In this document: in pieces, positions 51,085 through 64,000 of the stretch | Position numbering within the stretch: position 1 is the stretch's first letter | How the letters are laid out: every line of letters starts with the position of its first letter | Origin: Lama glama | Taxonomy: Eukaryota | DNA: 64,000 bases | Assembly (NCBI GenBank): GCA_028534125.1 | Contig: CM052816.1 | Coordinates: forward strand, 97,032,001-97,096,000 | Reading direction: 5' to 3' | Program-made: the position numbers and the translations under genes | The notes under the pieces: generated by a model | What the model was told of the DNA's origin: nothing | Database searches by the model: none | The model's input: the letters and a program-made list of their open reading frames with translations, nothing else

Positions 51085-51475
51085 ATGTGTTAGAGCTGTA
51101 ACACAGTACCACAAACCTGGCAGATTAAACAACAGAAATTCATCATCTCAGTTTCTGGGGGCTGAACATCTGACATCAAGGTGCAGCTGGGCTGCCTGTT
51201 TCCTAGGGCTAGAGCGAGCATCTGTTCCCTGCCTGGCAGGTGGCCGTCTTCTCCCTGTGCCTCTTCATGGCACCTTCCCTTTCTGCCTATTTGTGTTTGT
51301 GTCCAGTTTTTAAAGGACATTCGTCTTATTGGATCTGGGGTCCACCCTACCCCAGTCTGACCTCAGCTAATTACGTCTCCAGTAGTCTGATTTCCAGATA
51401 AGGTCATGTTCTGAGGTATGAGGGGTTGGGACTTCAACATATGAATTTTTGGAAGATGCATTTCCACCCGTAACA
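51085..51475 (-). mobile_element. MaLR LTR (MLT1-like)
   Basis: gctgtaacacagtaccacaaac...ttaaacaacagaaatt...gacttcaacatatgaattttt. Confidence 0.75.
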
Positions 51476-54400
51476 CGCAGGGAGCGTCCTCCCCGGGGGC
51501 TCTGGTTTCACTGGTGTGGTCCCTCCTGGGCACATGGGTCACGTCCACTTCCTACCCCAGCCCAGCCAGGAGCTGACCTCCCTCCCTCGGTGCCACTGTG
51601 CTTTGTGCACACCTGTTACTCCCTGGGCATTATGTTGAAATGTTTTACTCAGTGGGTTTATTTCCACTCTCAGCCTTTAAGTGGTCCCCATAAGCTATGG
51701 GCTCCCTATTTCTGTCCCGGAGCCTAAAAGAGTGGCTCACACAAAGCAGACCCAACATGCTTTGGAGGCTGAAAACTGAGGGCCTCACTCCATGTCAGCC
51801 CACGGCTGCAGACTGGAGGGATTTTTCAGTGTTAGGAGTGGAGGCTGCCCCGGGGGAAACTGATGGTAGGTGATCAGACCAGACCACAACCAGATTGAGA
51901 CCGTATCACGTTATAACAACACAAGGGGATAAAGGAGGATCACAAGGGAAAAATAAAGGGGCTCTGAGTTGCTTTGTTTTTTTAAAAAAACAACGTCACC
52001 TGGGAAACAGCACGATCCCTTGAGAGATTTTAATAACGAAATACCAGCAAACCCGGAAGCCGTGTGTCGCGGTAGCCTCCACATCCAGATTGACTCTTAT
52101 TAATATCAGTTTGCTTCAAACCACAAAGGAATGAAAAAGCAAGAAAGAAGAAAAATTAATCATTAAAATCCAGGGGGAAAAACACAGATTTTCGGCTTGA
52201 TTAGGTATTGGAAATGGACAGACACGTTACTAAGGGAGGCTGCCTGCCTGGTGATGGGTTTTTCTTTTTCTTTTTTTTTTTCTGTTTTTCAGTGATAGAA
52301 AAGTTCATTTTTCCTCTGGAAATTTCTGAATATGCAAAATCCCCACATTATTCTGTAAAGCTCCACATCGCCGTGCGTTTCTCCAGCACTGGGAGCAAAA
52401 CGAAGCAAGACTTCCTTTCTCGCTCAGATAGCAGTGGTTGCGTCCTCGTTCTGTTCTCGAGTCCATTCTTCCCTCCTTAGTCTTTTCTCCCCAGACAAGT
52501 CCAAAGATCCCAGGGGGCTTACTCAGTCCGGAAGGGTCAGGCACGAACGGGACACCTGCGCAGGAAGACAGCACCAGCCAGGCAGTTCCCGGAGGACCCG
52601 GTTCCCCAGCTCTCAGTGCTGCCCCCTTCTGGCGCCTCCACCACCTCTCTGGCTGCAGTTCCCCTCCTCTCTGGCCCGAGGTTCTCAGGGTGCAGGAGAG
52701 GGTACCGCTGGCCCCAGGGGCAGCTCCCAGCCAGGTGCTCAGTCCCAGGGAACCAGGTCCTTCTGTTGCCACTACACCTGTTCCCCCGAAACACACTCAT
52801 TTCACAGGGCAGCCCGGCCCGCAGGGATGCCAGTGTGACGTCTAGATGACAACCAAAAGCCCAGCTTAAGTTACTGTGTACGTGGGGGTGGTGTGGGGGT
52901 GAGGGGCTATCAAGGTACTCTTGGTGTCTGCCTGCGGGCCTTGGCCAGGCATGGCCAGGAGCTCTGAACCCCAAAGGGAAGGTGTGAACTGGGGCACCTC
53001 CCTTGCAGGAGGCAGGCATGCACCTTTGAAGAATGTCTCCCACAATCCTGGCAGCATGGCTGGTGTCCTTGAGCTCCTGTTGTGTCTCGGCAGGGCCCGT
53101 TGGCCTGGGCTGACCCAGCCTTCCTGCAAGGTTTGCTTAATCTGTCTTTGCTAGATGCAAGCACCCAGCCAGTCCCCACCAGCTCCTGCTTCTGTCGTTG
53201 CCCTGCACACTGTATGTTAAAGATACAGAGATTTCTCGATCATTTCCTAAAGTTTTTTCGAAGTTTGAACTTTATTTGAGAAGCAAAGGGCTGAGTTTTA
53301 CATACTCTTTTTATGGTATTTCCTCCGTTACTTTTATGTTTAGGGCATCCCTTATGGGTTTTCAGTTTTTCTAATCTATCCATCCAGAATTTACTTTTGT
53401 CCATGGTATGATGTGAAGACACAACTTTTTTTTTTTTTATTATTCCCACCCCCACCCCAGCTAGCCAATGTTCACGATTCCAAAAGCAGAATAATGTACC
53501 ACCTCTCCATTGACTTGGGCCTTTGCTTTTTAACCCGATGAGTACATGGGCTACACTGTAGGCTGCCTCCCGGAGGGGCAGAGGTCAGCGCTGGCCAAGC
53601 CAACGCGTGCACAGACCTAGGAGCTCAGTGGTTGGGAGAGAAGAGATGCCAAGAAGCAGCTCCTGCAAGGTGACTCATTAAATGGCCAAGGGACACAGGT
53701 TCAGAAGCCACAGCTCCTGCCTCCAAGCCGCTTAGAGTGACTCGGAACGTAGGTAAACCAGGATTCCAGCATCACTGAGTAAAGCGCCTTGAGCGTGGTG
53801 CCCTGGACTGCTTAGAAACCTGCAAGTAATGTTTCTGAAAGCCGGCCTCGTTTCCCTGACTAGATGGTTAATGTCACCGGGACAGCAGCCATGTCTGAGT
53901 TATCCTGAGACCTTCTGAGCAGGAGCAGCGCGACTTGCACAGGACAGGTGACCTGGGAGTGATCTCTCGAGTCCGGGCTGAAGCTGCGTCACCCGCCAGC
54001 CACACCCCTGCCGCCTGCAGCTCTGAGTTCCCGCACTGACGAGGAGCAGGTGTGTTTTCCAACGGACTACGCGCCGGTCCTGCGTCCTTTCCACGGTTAC
54101 CTTCGCCCTCCACAGCCTGCGGCTGGAGGGGCTCATTCTGGCATTACTGTTACTATTCAGGGGGAGAAAACCAAGCAAGCACGGGTTAGAGGCCCCGGGA
54201 CCCCAAATCCCAGTGGGAGGGCACGCGGGAGGAACGTACACAGGCCTGACTTCCGAGGGGAGGACGACCGGTCAGCTGCCGCAGGGACTGCTTTTCCTTT
54301 GACTCGGCGGTGAGTAAGGCCGCTTTATGTCTGCGCTAAGGAAGCGCGGCGGTGAGACAATGGAGGTGTTCCAGACGGCAGCCCTGCGAGCGGGGTCATC

Positions 54401-55014
54401 TGCTGCTGCGTCAGTGAGTGTGTACCTTCCTTATACCTGTGTGTGTATCACGCGCGCCTGTATGTGTATACACACATAGCACAGACATGCTTGTACATGC
54501 ATGAATTACACTTGTTACAACTGAGCAAAGGAAACGTTTCCGTCTCTCTAGAGAGGAAGAACATCTGTTTGGTCGCGTTGTCCTCGTCTGCGGGTAGTGT
54601 TAGTTTTTCATGCAGGACACGCTTAGTGTAGGAAATTCTGAGAAATTCAAGAAAAGGAGAAATGAGGGCGAAGGCACACCTGTCGAGTAGATGATGATCA
54701 TTTTCAGGTCTGAGCCCTGGGATGGAGTCCGGGGGAGTGGGAGGGCCCAATCGTGAAGGAGGGGCTGTAACAAGTGGAGGAGAAGGGCCCGTGGGCACGC
54801 CCCCACCCCGTGCGCGCTGCTGAGCAAGCTGGGGCCCGGCCTCCCCGCTCTGCGTCTGCCCGCGGGGTGACTTGCCCGTGCACACTCCGCGCAGCCGGGA
54901 ACCCCGGGTCCCTCCGCTCCCCATCAGGGAGAGTTTGGGCTTTCAAGCCCCGTGAAGTCTCCGTGGCTCAGACCCTGAATAAATGCGTGGCTTTCTTTCT
55001 CTTCTTATTCCCAG

Positions 55015-55131
55015 GCTGGAATCATTTCCCTCTATGACTGTGTTTTTAAGAGGAACCCAGGTTATAATCAGAAATTGCACCGAGATGACAGAGAACATGC
55101 AAAAAGCCTGGGACTTCGCGTAAACGAGGAG
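55015..55131 (+). CDS. CFAP90: CFAP90 exon 2
   Basis: [39 protein letters not shown]; full polypyrimidine tract and GTAACG donor; identical second copy at 55714-55830. Confidence 0.88.
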
Positions 55132-55208
55132 GTAACGTGAAGACGGAGCGAGGGATGTCAGGGGCTTAGCTGTGTGTGGTTACTTACTGTCGTGTCCAGT
55201 CGGCTGCA

Positions 55209-55708
55209 NNNNNNNNNNNNNNNNNNNNNNNNNNNNNNNNNNNNNNNNNNNNNNNNNNNNNNNNNNNNNNNNNNNNNNNNNNNNNNNNNNNNNNNNNNNN
55301 NNNNNNNNNNNNNNNNNNNNNNNNNNNNNNNNNNNNNNNNNNNNNNNNNNNNNNNNNNNNNNNNNNNNNNNNNNNNNNNNNNNNNNNNNNNNNNNNNNNN
55401 NNNNNNNNNNNNNNNNNNNNNNNNNNNNNNNNNNNNNNNNNNNNNNNNNNNNNNNNNNNNNNNNNNNNNNNNNNNNNNNNNNNNNNNNNNNNNNNNNNNN
55501 NNNNNNNNNNNNNNNNNNNNNNNNNNNNNNNNNNNNNNNNNNNNNNNNNNNNNNNNNNNNNNNNNNNNNNNNNNNNNNNNNNNNNNNNNNNNNNNNNNNN
55601 NNNNNNNNNNNNNNNNNNNNNNNNNNNNNNNNNNNNNNNNNNNNNNNNNNNNNNNNNNNNNNNNNNNNNNNNNNNNNNNNNNNNNNNNNNNNNNNNNNNN
55701 NNNNNNNN
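55209..55708. other. Assembly gap (500 N)
   Basis: Run of N. Confidence 1.
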
Positions 55709-57331
55709 CCCAGGCTGGAATCATTTCCCTCTATGACTGTGTTTTTAAGAGGAACCCAGGTTATAATCAGAAATTGCACCGAGATGACAGAGAACATGCA
55801 AAAAGCCTGGGACTTCGCGTAAACGAGGAGGTAACGTGAAGACGGAGCGAGGGATGTCAGGGGCTTAGCTGTGTGTGGTTACTTACTGTCGTGTCCAGTC
55901 GGCTGCACGTGCCTCCCCTGCTCGGTTCTCCTCTCTCCTGTGCTGCCGGGAAGGGAGACTAAGCTGCTGCTACAGCTCCCCCCCCCCCCCCGCCACATTA
56001 CTGGGTTTTAATGTTTGTGACTCTGTGGTTTCATCCTAGAGAATTTAGCAATTTCATGAGAGCAAAAAACTCAGAAGTTCTTTTCAGCAGATAAAACAGG
56101 TCTTTGCTTACCCTCCGAGACCTGGCGATCATGGTTCTAGGGACACTGGCCTTCCGGGGATGAAACCACGCACGCCAGCGTTTATCTCCCAAGTCGAGCT
56201 CCCAGGCCCCTGTACCCACCACCTATGCGCAGGTCCTCTGCAAGGAAGGGCACTGCTTGTAGGCAGCTGCACAGGGCGAGTGGTGACCCACGGAAGGAAC
56301 CAAACTCACAGGGTGAGGAGGTGAGGCTCACAGCAGGCACACAGGTGGGGGCTGGAGGGACGGAGGTTGGCATCCCTTTGGGGTGGTCAGGCCCGTCTGC
56401 CCGCTGGGTTAGACCCGCCTGCTGTGTTTATACACTAGGACATCGTCTCCATAAAATCTGATCTGAGGACAGTATGTTTATTAAAATTCGGGTGCTGAAT
56501 TACATCTTTATACGATACACCAAAATCAGAATGAAAAAGCTTCTGCTGGGATTTCTTTTTGGCTCAGAGGAATTTTGCCTGTGGCTTACTGTTTAAAAAT
56601 GCCATCATGTCACTTTCAGTGAAACGTTTCATCTTGATGTGAAAGCAAGTGATGGAGGCATGAGGAGGGATCACCACTTAAGTCACAGACCTTAACAGTT
56701 TTTTCTGTTGTTCTGGTTTATGCTCATTCATTCCCAGTTGGTAGCGAAGTCAGTGCTTTTGCCTTATAAGCGCATGCCTGGCATTCCTTCTGTCCAGTCA
56801 CAGTTTTTGAGCACCTCCCATGTGCCAGGGAGTGTAAAGGGAGTGAGACAGTGTCTGTGCTCCTAGAGCGGACATTCCCACGAGGAGTCAGAGAAAGAAA
56901 AGCCAAATAAATAACGAACCAAATGTCAGGTAGTGATAAGCGGTATGCAGAGAATTACAGCCCTTTAAGGGGATGGGAAATGGTGAAAGGGGTGTGGGGG
57001 GCTGGGGAGATGTGTATTTGGGAAAAGGAAGAAGGTGGGACAGAAGACAGGCAGGCAAAGTGCAGGGAGAAGGGAGGAGAGGGAGGAGGAACATGACCCT
57101 GAAGTCAGTGGGTACCTGGTGCCCCGTGCAAGATCTCAGCCTTTCCTCTGATCAATGGGAGGTCACGGGAGGGCTCTGAACAGAGGGGAGTGGGTGGGAG
57201 GAGGCTGAAGAGGTCCCGTGGGGTCAGAGTGGAGCACCCCGGAGCAGAGGCAGGGCGCAGGCGCACAGGAACGCCCGTGGGCAGGTGAGCCTGACCCGCC
57301 TGCCCTGCTCCCCCCCCCCCCCGCCCGACAG

Positions 57332-57511
57332 GAGTGCGAGAGGCCGGTGGGGGTGCTGACGTCTTCCGTCTACGGGAAGCGCATCCACCAGCCCGTGGAG
57401 CCTCTGAACCGGGACCACCGCCGCGCCAGCCACGTGAAGGCCGACTTCTACAGGAAGAATGACATCCCCAGCATCAAGGCTCCCGGCTTCGGGCACATTT
57501 CTCCAGCCTGA
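57332..57511 (+). CDS. CFAP90: CFAP90 exon 3 (last coding exon)
   Basis: [59 protein letters not shown]; total 146 aa. Confidence 0.9.
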   Translation, partial: ECERPVGVLTSSVYGKRIHQPVEPLNRDHRRASHVKADFYRKNDIPSIKAPGFGHISPA

Positions 57512-57789
57512 CACCCTCCCGTGGCCTGAAGGGCGCGCGGACATGAGAGGTGGCACCGGGAGGGGCAAGGTGGCGCCTTCCTGGGCCTCCCGGAGCCTGC
57601 CCGGCGCCCCTGATGCACCACGGCGGCAGCAGGGACTGCGCAGTACTACGTTCCCTCCCGTTTCCTTGGCGACGAACCTGCCCAAAGCCCTGCCATACTT
57701 AGGATGAACGTCTAGGATGACGGTTTTCCTGTGAAAAGATTTCAGATGAAATGATGCTGGAGACTGACCCACTACACTGTGAGCATCTG

Positions 57790-57795
57790 AATAAA
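57790..57795 (+). terminator. CFAP90 polyadenylation signal
   Basis: AATAAA about 280 nt after the stop with downstream GT-rich tract. Confidence 0.7.
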
Positions 57796-59649
57796 ATGAA
57801 ACCTTTGTTTCCCCTTGACAGTGGTTGGGGTGATTTTTGTTCACTCCTCTCCACTTTGTTCGTGCATCTTCTTGGCAGAGGCTCTCATGGGAAAGGTGTG
57901 CAGTTTTCCCTTAAGGGTTATGTACCCCTAGGTACATCAGGCACCGTCTGATCACACAGACAATACTCAAGAGGAGAGATGACGGAAGTGTCTTTGGCAC
58001 AGCAGAGCTCTAGACACCACAACACCCCTCACCCCTCCTCCCCCGCCGGGGTCTGAGCCACGGGTAACAGTTCTGCACAACTGAGGACAAGAGCCCTAGC
58101 AGGACGGGTGGCCTCGGTGACCAGCAATGCCACTGTCACTTCTGTCAGTGGAGAAGCAGTCATGGGAAGAGAGTGGGCTTTGGTGCTGAACACACTTGGG
58201 TCACAGTCTGGCTCCTGCATTTTCTAGCAGCGTGGTGGAGGGAGACGGTTTCACCAGCTTGAGCCCACATTTCCTCGTCTTACTTAACGCGGGCGTTCCA
58301 AACCGTGAAGAGTCCGTGTGGGAATCAGGGCGCCCCTGGGGTGTGGTCGGAGCAGGCACAGTGGGGGTTGTGGCCATTACTTTGACCAGTTTTCTTTTAG
58401 GAAGCAGCTGCTGCTTTCAACCAAAGTTGAAAATGTTTACTTTGCAGATGATCTGAAACTTTTTCAAGTATTAAGATATTGGCTGTATTTTTTAATGAAT
58501 GGATCTCTAGGAAGCAATTGTCCCTCATCTGTCATGATTAAATTTCCCATAGCTCAGAGGTTAATGAGCAGGTGGTCTAATTAATTTCGATGCAGATTCC
58601 TCCATTGGTCGTTTTATTGTTTTGACTCGCTAAGCACTTAGGACACTGAGTTTCTGGACTTTCAAGGCTGAGTGACTCCTAAATGTTTCTTTATACTTAA
58701 AAAATTTTTTTTTCACTGTAGAGAGCTTGTTTTATTTTTTTTCAAACAAATAACAGTTTATTTGGAATGCCTTCGGGTGCATTAAACCATATCTATAATA
58801 ACATCATAGAAAATATATAAAGTTTGGGTTATGCAAATTTTTATAAACTGCTTTCTTTGGTCTAGATTACCAAGAAAGACAAGGCGTCTTTAAGAAATGC
58901 CTTCATCTTAAAGTAGCTGCAATAAACTGATGTCAGACTAACTTATTTTCAGTTACTTTAAGTCTGATCCTTCTCCCTTAACCATCTACTCCTTGTAAAA
59001 AGCAGGGCTTGAATTGGGCAAGGTTTCCAAAGCTCTCACAGTTGTTAGGCAGCAAGGGAAAATGAGATGTTAAAGAGAGTTAAAGCCAAATTGCCGAATG
59101 CCTGTTAGGCATCATATCAAAGAGCAACATATTAAAAGAATTTGTTTTAATTTATCACATTAATTTATCACACTTCCACCACCAGCCAGTGGTTTTTTTT
59201 GTTTTTTGTTTTGTAAGCAGAGTGTTGCCTTTGGGAAAGCTCACTAAACTGGGAAAAAGAACAACATGGAAGGTTCCTGACAACCCAGGCTTTTCTAAAC
59301 TGCAGTGTTAAAGGAAGTGGACTCGCCGCGTTTTTCATGAGGGGATGCTTCCTGCAAGACTCAGAGGTTCAGGAAGGTTTTGAGGAGAGAGCCTTACCTG
59401 TTATCAGTGTCATCCCGGCACAATGGGCTGACGGACGGGATAGGCGAGTCCTCACATTTGCATGACTTGCTTATAGGAATGTCTGTATTTGCCAAAACTT
59501 GGGAAGCCTTAACCAGGAGTCACACTTTCAGATTTCAGGGAACAGGCAGTTTTCTAGTCTCATCGCGGTCACTGATCAACTGGGAAACCTGGACTTCCCT
59601 GCACCTGTTTCTTTTTTGCAAAATGCAGGGGGTCTCAGGCGTGATCTGC

Positions 59650-59830
59650 AATTACAAGCACCTGAGGAGCTCGTGCTGCAAAGCACAGCCAGCGTGCTGG
59701 GCCCCCGCCCCCAGCAGGATTCCCAACTTGGCAGGTCTGGGTTTGACTGCACCTGAAAGTGCTCATTTCTAACAAGTTTCCTGGTGACGCTGCTGCTGCC
59801 AGTCAGCGTCCTCACTTTGAGAGACCTGGG
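59650..59830. mobile_element. MER5A-like DNA transposon remnant
   Basis: cacctgaggagctcgtg...gggcccccgcccccag...catttctaacaagtttcctggtgacgctgctgctgc...cactttgaga. Confidence 0.6.
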
Positions 59831-60922
59831 CACGCACAGACCTTTGCAAGGTGGACTCTGAATTACTCGCTTGGCGAATCACCCATCTGCGGGTGTCTAC
59901 CTTTAAGGTCAGGTGCCGATAAAGAGCCCTGGGGTGGGTGCTGTAGGCTCTCAGGAGGAAGAACCACATGGCACAGACTGAAGTCACTGAAACTCAGGGT
60001 ATCCTAGTCCAGATTTTGGTTCCAGTGAAAAGAAATGTCCTTACACCGTTTTTCTTCTCTCAGTCACCTTTTTGGAGAATTAAGATGTATTAAAGCCAAT
60101 GCTGAGTTGCAATTACAAGATCCCAAAATTCCTAACTGAGGCAGAGAATTGGACAAGCCACGCTGGATTCTCACTTTGGTAATGAAGGCTGATTGTTAGT
60201 TTGGATAAAGCACTTTGGATCGAGCATGAGCCAAAGTGCTGGCGGGGCGGCCGGGTTGGTCCCGCGATGCGCTGGCAGGAGCTAGCCCTGGGGACCTGCC
60301 AGGCTGTCTCACAGTCATCAGCTCTTTTAATCAGACCTGATGCCATGAGCTACCCATGAGGAAAATACACCTAAGAGAAACTGAAAAATGTGCTCAAAGT
60401 CTCACAGCTGATAAAACACCGGAGTCAGGAATCCCACCTCAAGTTCAAGTTTGCAGCTGCTCCCTAATGGGTCAGTGGGCTCCTCTGCCACTCATGGACG
60501 CCTGCCCTGTGCGACAGTTTGCCCAACCAGGCTGGCATTTGCAGTCTTGCTTCTCAACATCTGCTTATGCATGACTCCTCTAGTTTGCCTTCAGCAAAGT
60601 ATGATTTCTTTACGTAAAGAAAGAAACCAAACCTGCAGTGTTGGATTTATAAGAACAGCATTTTCCAGGTTTTCTCTTTTCAAAAACGCACAGCCTGGCT
60701 CTGTGCCTTCCTATCCTCAGACACAGCAGGCAGCTCGTGGGCCTTTGGCAGCTTCTCTCGTTAGCTCACCCTATCGTGGCGGCTGATGTACACTCAATTC
60801 CAAATTACCCCTGGTTCCCCAGCTCTACCGAAGTATACAGTAGACCTGTTAGAGCAGGCAGAGAGCTAGGCATGAGCAGAGAAAGGGCGGCATGGGCCAG
60901 ATGTAGGAAACCATCCGTCAAG

Positions 60923-61450
60923 TATACAACAGGGGTCCCTGGGCAGACAGAGCAAAGCAGGAACCTCTGGGCTGATAAGAAATCACACATTTTGGGGTGA
61001 CAAGTGCCCTGGAGGCAGACAAAGGAAGGTGGGAAAAGGCAGGAATCTCTGGTGTCTGAATGTAACCTCTTGCTCATTATGCCCTCATTTCAATAAACTT
61101 AGCCTTGCAGATTAGAAGTACCCATCATGCACCAACACCAGGACACTTCCCATCCAGACTAAATAAGGACAAAAATCTCTCCTTCCCTTGGGAAGGTGGA
61201 GTTGGGATGAAAATCATGGAAGACGACCCCAATCCTCTCCCTTCCCCAGTGAATATTCCGCCCATTCATTTTCACACCCTATGTAACCAACCTGCCAAAG
61301 AAACCCAGCGCAGCTGCTCACCTGCGCCTGCCTGCTCTCGTCTTGAGAGTGTACTGTCCATCCCTTAATAAATCCTCACTTTACTCTCTTGACCTCCGTG
61401 TTTCACCTCTGAATTCTTTCTGCGATGAGACAAGAATCTAATCACCGCAG
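60923..61450 (+). mobile_element. Solo ERV1-like LTR, antisense within the probable ADCY2 3'UTR
   Basis: LTR-like architecture with AATAAA at 61367-61372 and a U5-like tail; related partial copy at 47005-47210. Confidence 0.75.
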
Positions 61451-62459
61451 AGACCAGACTACGTGGGCAGAGAGGGTGCTGTTGCTAGTGAAGAATCTCT
61501 TTATGTTAAAATATTCTCCCCTGAAAATGTTCCCTAGAGACGCCGAAATGAAAACAGACCACGTGACACGTTGAAACACGCTGTCTTTCTTTCCAGGGAG
61601 CTGCCTGATCAGTTACCGGCATCACAAACTTCGTCCTGATCTGAAGTACTCAAGGATATCTCAGTCTTTGCTTCTGGAGGGGTCCTTCTGCAAGAACTGG
61701 CCACACAGAAGAGTAAACAGAAAACCGAGTCAATCCTGGAGCAAACCGCAGGAGAAAGCAGAACGGGGCGGGGGCGGGGGGAGATACAGACTATCCAGCA
61801 AAGTACATAAAACTTTTAATGAATTAACCTTACAAAAGACAATGGCATCAAAACATCAGACACGTTTGGTACAAAACTAGTCCTAGGTTGTAAGAACTAA
61901 TTCTGGTGATGGATGGCGACGTGCTGTTGGCAGGAGACAGGACAGGGCAAGGAGACGGGGCCACGGATCCCAGCGGGGCCCGTGGACAGCCCCTGCAGAG
62001 AGACACGTGGCTGAACACGGATTCCAGGTGGGGCGACAGAATCAACTTATTCACAAATACTGTGTGTTTCAGTATCGGACTAGCAGATGCAGTTGGCGAG
62101 CTACCGTATTTTCCAGAAAAGAACATGCACCGGAAGATAATATACACCCCCTAGTTTTATTGCCTTAAGAATTTGTGTTTGCTTCACCTCTCATCTCGGT
62201 TAGTTCTCTGAATGCTTTTCTCCCCAAAAGCGCACTCGTTTCCCTCTTGCTTAGGAATAAGCACAGTGCAAGTGGCAGAGAGACCTTGGCACACATCAGA
62301 CACCGAACGGTACGCCACCGGGTGGCAGGGAGGAGTCTGCAAAGGCTCCGGAGGACAGAACAGAGCACGCACATCACAAACGAGGGACAGACTCGCAGTC
62401 AGAAAGTGCATTGTAGCTTCCTGAAAATACAGTCTTCTTGCCGAAGTGAAGGCGACGCT

Positions 62460-62612
62460 TCAGGATGCCAGGTTGCTCTGGGAAAGGGACCTTGACATCT
62501 CTGTGTTCACAAAGTACGTCTTCAGCTCCCCCTTTCCTTTCACGTTGATGATTCCTCGGCACGTGCATGTGTACCCCAGGGTCTGCAGGACGAGGCTGGT
62601 CTCCTCCGTGAC
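62460..62612 (-). CDS. ADCY2: ADCY2 last coding exon (adenylate cyclase 2 C2 domain C-terminus); gene continues beyond the window
   Basis: ctctag|VTEETSLVLQTLGYTCTCRGIINVKGKGELKTYFVNTEMSRSLSQSNLAS*; cyclase RG.I.VKGKG...TYF motif; not in the ORF track. Confidence 0.95.
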   Translation of the reverse strand, partial: VTEETSLVLQTLGYTCTCRGIINVKGKGELKTYFVNTEMSRSLSQSNLAS

Positions 62613-64000
62613 CTAGAGGCACAGGGACAAACGAAGACGTGCTCAGTGCCGGTGTGGTCACGACCCTTCCCAAGGTCGTCTGACCACAAGGACAAGGAGC
62701 CCCGAAGTGTTCACGTTCTTTGACCCATTCATTCTACTCCTGAGAATTAGGAGAAGAGGTAACAGTCGAGGAGCAGGAAAGCTTTCTGAGGTCGATGTTT
62801 AACTCAGTGCTGTGACAGACAAAGACTGGCAGCAGTCAACCCCCAGTCATCTCGAGGCCAAGTGAACTACGATGCTATCGTGATCGACATCCCGGATCTG
62901 ACGCTGAAATCATATCGAATTATTTCACCCCCCAAAAGAACTAAGCCAGGGTCCACTAAGCTATGATTTTAACCACGTGAAGATGATGCACTTACACATA
63001 AGAGAGCTGGAATAAAAAGAGTGAATCAAACTATGTTAAAGCGGTGGGGTTTTGGATGATGCTCACAAATTGTTACGAACGTCATTTCGTGAAATAATAA
63101 ATATTCATAATGGATTTTAATACAGATGAAACACACGAGAGACAGCACCATCAACTCTGCACACGGCCACGTGTTTCGGGCTTAATGTACGTGAATGAAA
63201 TGAGCTAAAACTGGAAGAATGCTGGGACCTCGCATCAGCCTTAGTGTGGGCGGGATGCTGTGTCAGGTCTGGAAAGTTCCCTCATCTCACTGGACTGGCT
63301 CAGGATGCTGGGACGCCGAAAGCAGTGAGCCCCTCCCGTGCAACCTGTCAGTGTGACAAGACTCCTGTTCCCCTGCCCCTGCGCCAGAAGGCAAGGACCC
63401 CACTGCTGCGTGACGTTCCGGTCCCGCTGGGTCGGTGGGCAGTGAGCCTTGCTGGGGGGCGGCTCCTCTCCCTGGGGCGGGGGGATGGGTGGTCCCGACC
63501 CTTTCACTGCCTTCAGCTTGGGCATGCGCTGTGTTCTCCTTGGAAGACCACGTCTGGGGACCAAGAGCAGGCCTGCCTGGGGTCTGTCTGTTTGCGTGTC
63601 ACAGGAGCCTCCTAAAAAAGACATCATCTAAGCAGAGAACACACGCGGTGTACAGACTCGGCTACGAATAAGACCTCAGCTTCGGAGGAGAGGGTCCACC
63701 TGCGGGAACATAGTTCCTTTCCAGGCCCCCCAGGAGGTATCTGGGTCTTGAGCAGAGAAGGACGGAGCTTTTTCCAGAAATCCTGGTAATGCTGCTTTGG
63801 AAGCATGTGAAAAAGTAGAGAGGGGAGAGACTTCCTCCCACTTCATCAGAGAAAACAGACATGGCACCTGTGGGGCCTGGCCACCTCGGACACGCGGGTG
63901 ACACACATGCGCTGGGCAGGCTACGCCACGATTTTGGTTTTGGTGTGGACACTGTTGGGGGCCAGGCAGTGGTGGGAGAGCGGCAGCAGTGGTGAGCCAG

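Larger units (their letters stand above)
58740..62459 (-). other. ADCY2: Probable ADCY2 3'UTR (proximal ATTAAA at 61815-61820, distal AATAAA at 58757-58762)
   Basis: Follows the ADCY2 stop codon; AT-rich UTR-like blocks with minus-strand poly(A) signals; extent is inferred. Confidence 0.55.

Noticed and set aside
52305..53180. 130-168 aa overlapping ORFs in CFAP90 intron 1
   Set aside because: GC-rich intronic sequence with no homology recognised and no coherent exon structure
55158..55839. 186-221 aa ORFs
   Set aside because: They span the N gap and are not real

Overview
Mammalian genomic DNA, most likely a camelid (inferred from three tRNA-derived SINEs resembling the camelid Vic-1 type). 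It is syntenic with human 5p15.31 and shows four genes. MTRR is complete on the minus strand: 14 coding exons, 25209 to 3918, 696 aa. FASTKD3 is complete on the plus strand: 6 coding exons, 28388-35523, 663 aa, head-to-head with MTRR across a CpG-island promoter. CFAP90/C5orf49 is complete on the plus strand: 3 exons, 44890-57511, 146 aa. The last coding exon and 3'UTR of ADCY2 lie on the minus strand (62612 to 62460) and are absent from the ORF track. Exons were mapped by hand; all are GT-AG and phase-consistent. The rest is L1, L2, MIR, MER, MaLR/ERV LTRs, SINEs and one 500-N gap flanked by a 199-bp exact duplication. I found no evidence of a wholly new gene system. The best leads are in MTRR: natural loss of the C-terminal Ser after the FAD-shielding Trp, Thr>Ala in the GPGTG motif, a GC-biased burst around exon 9, and a minimal uORF. 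An ERV LTR inside the probable ADCY2 3'UTR is also notable. Comparisons with human sequences are from memory and need alignment; repeat boundaries are approximate.
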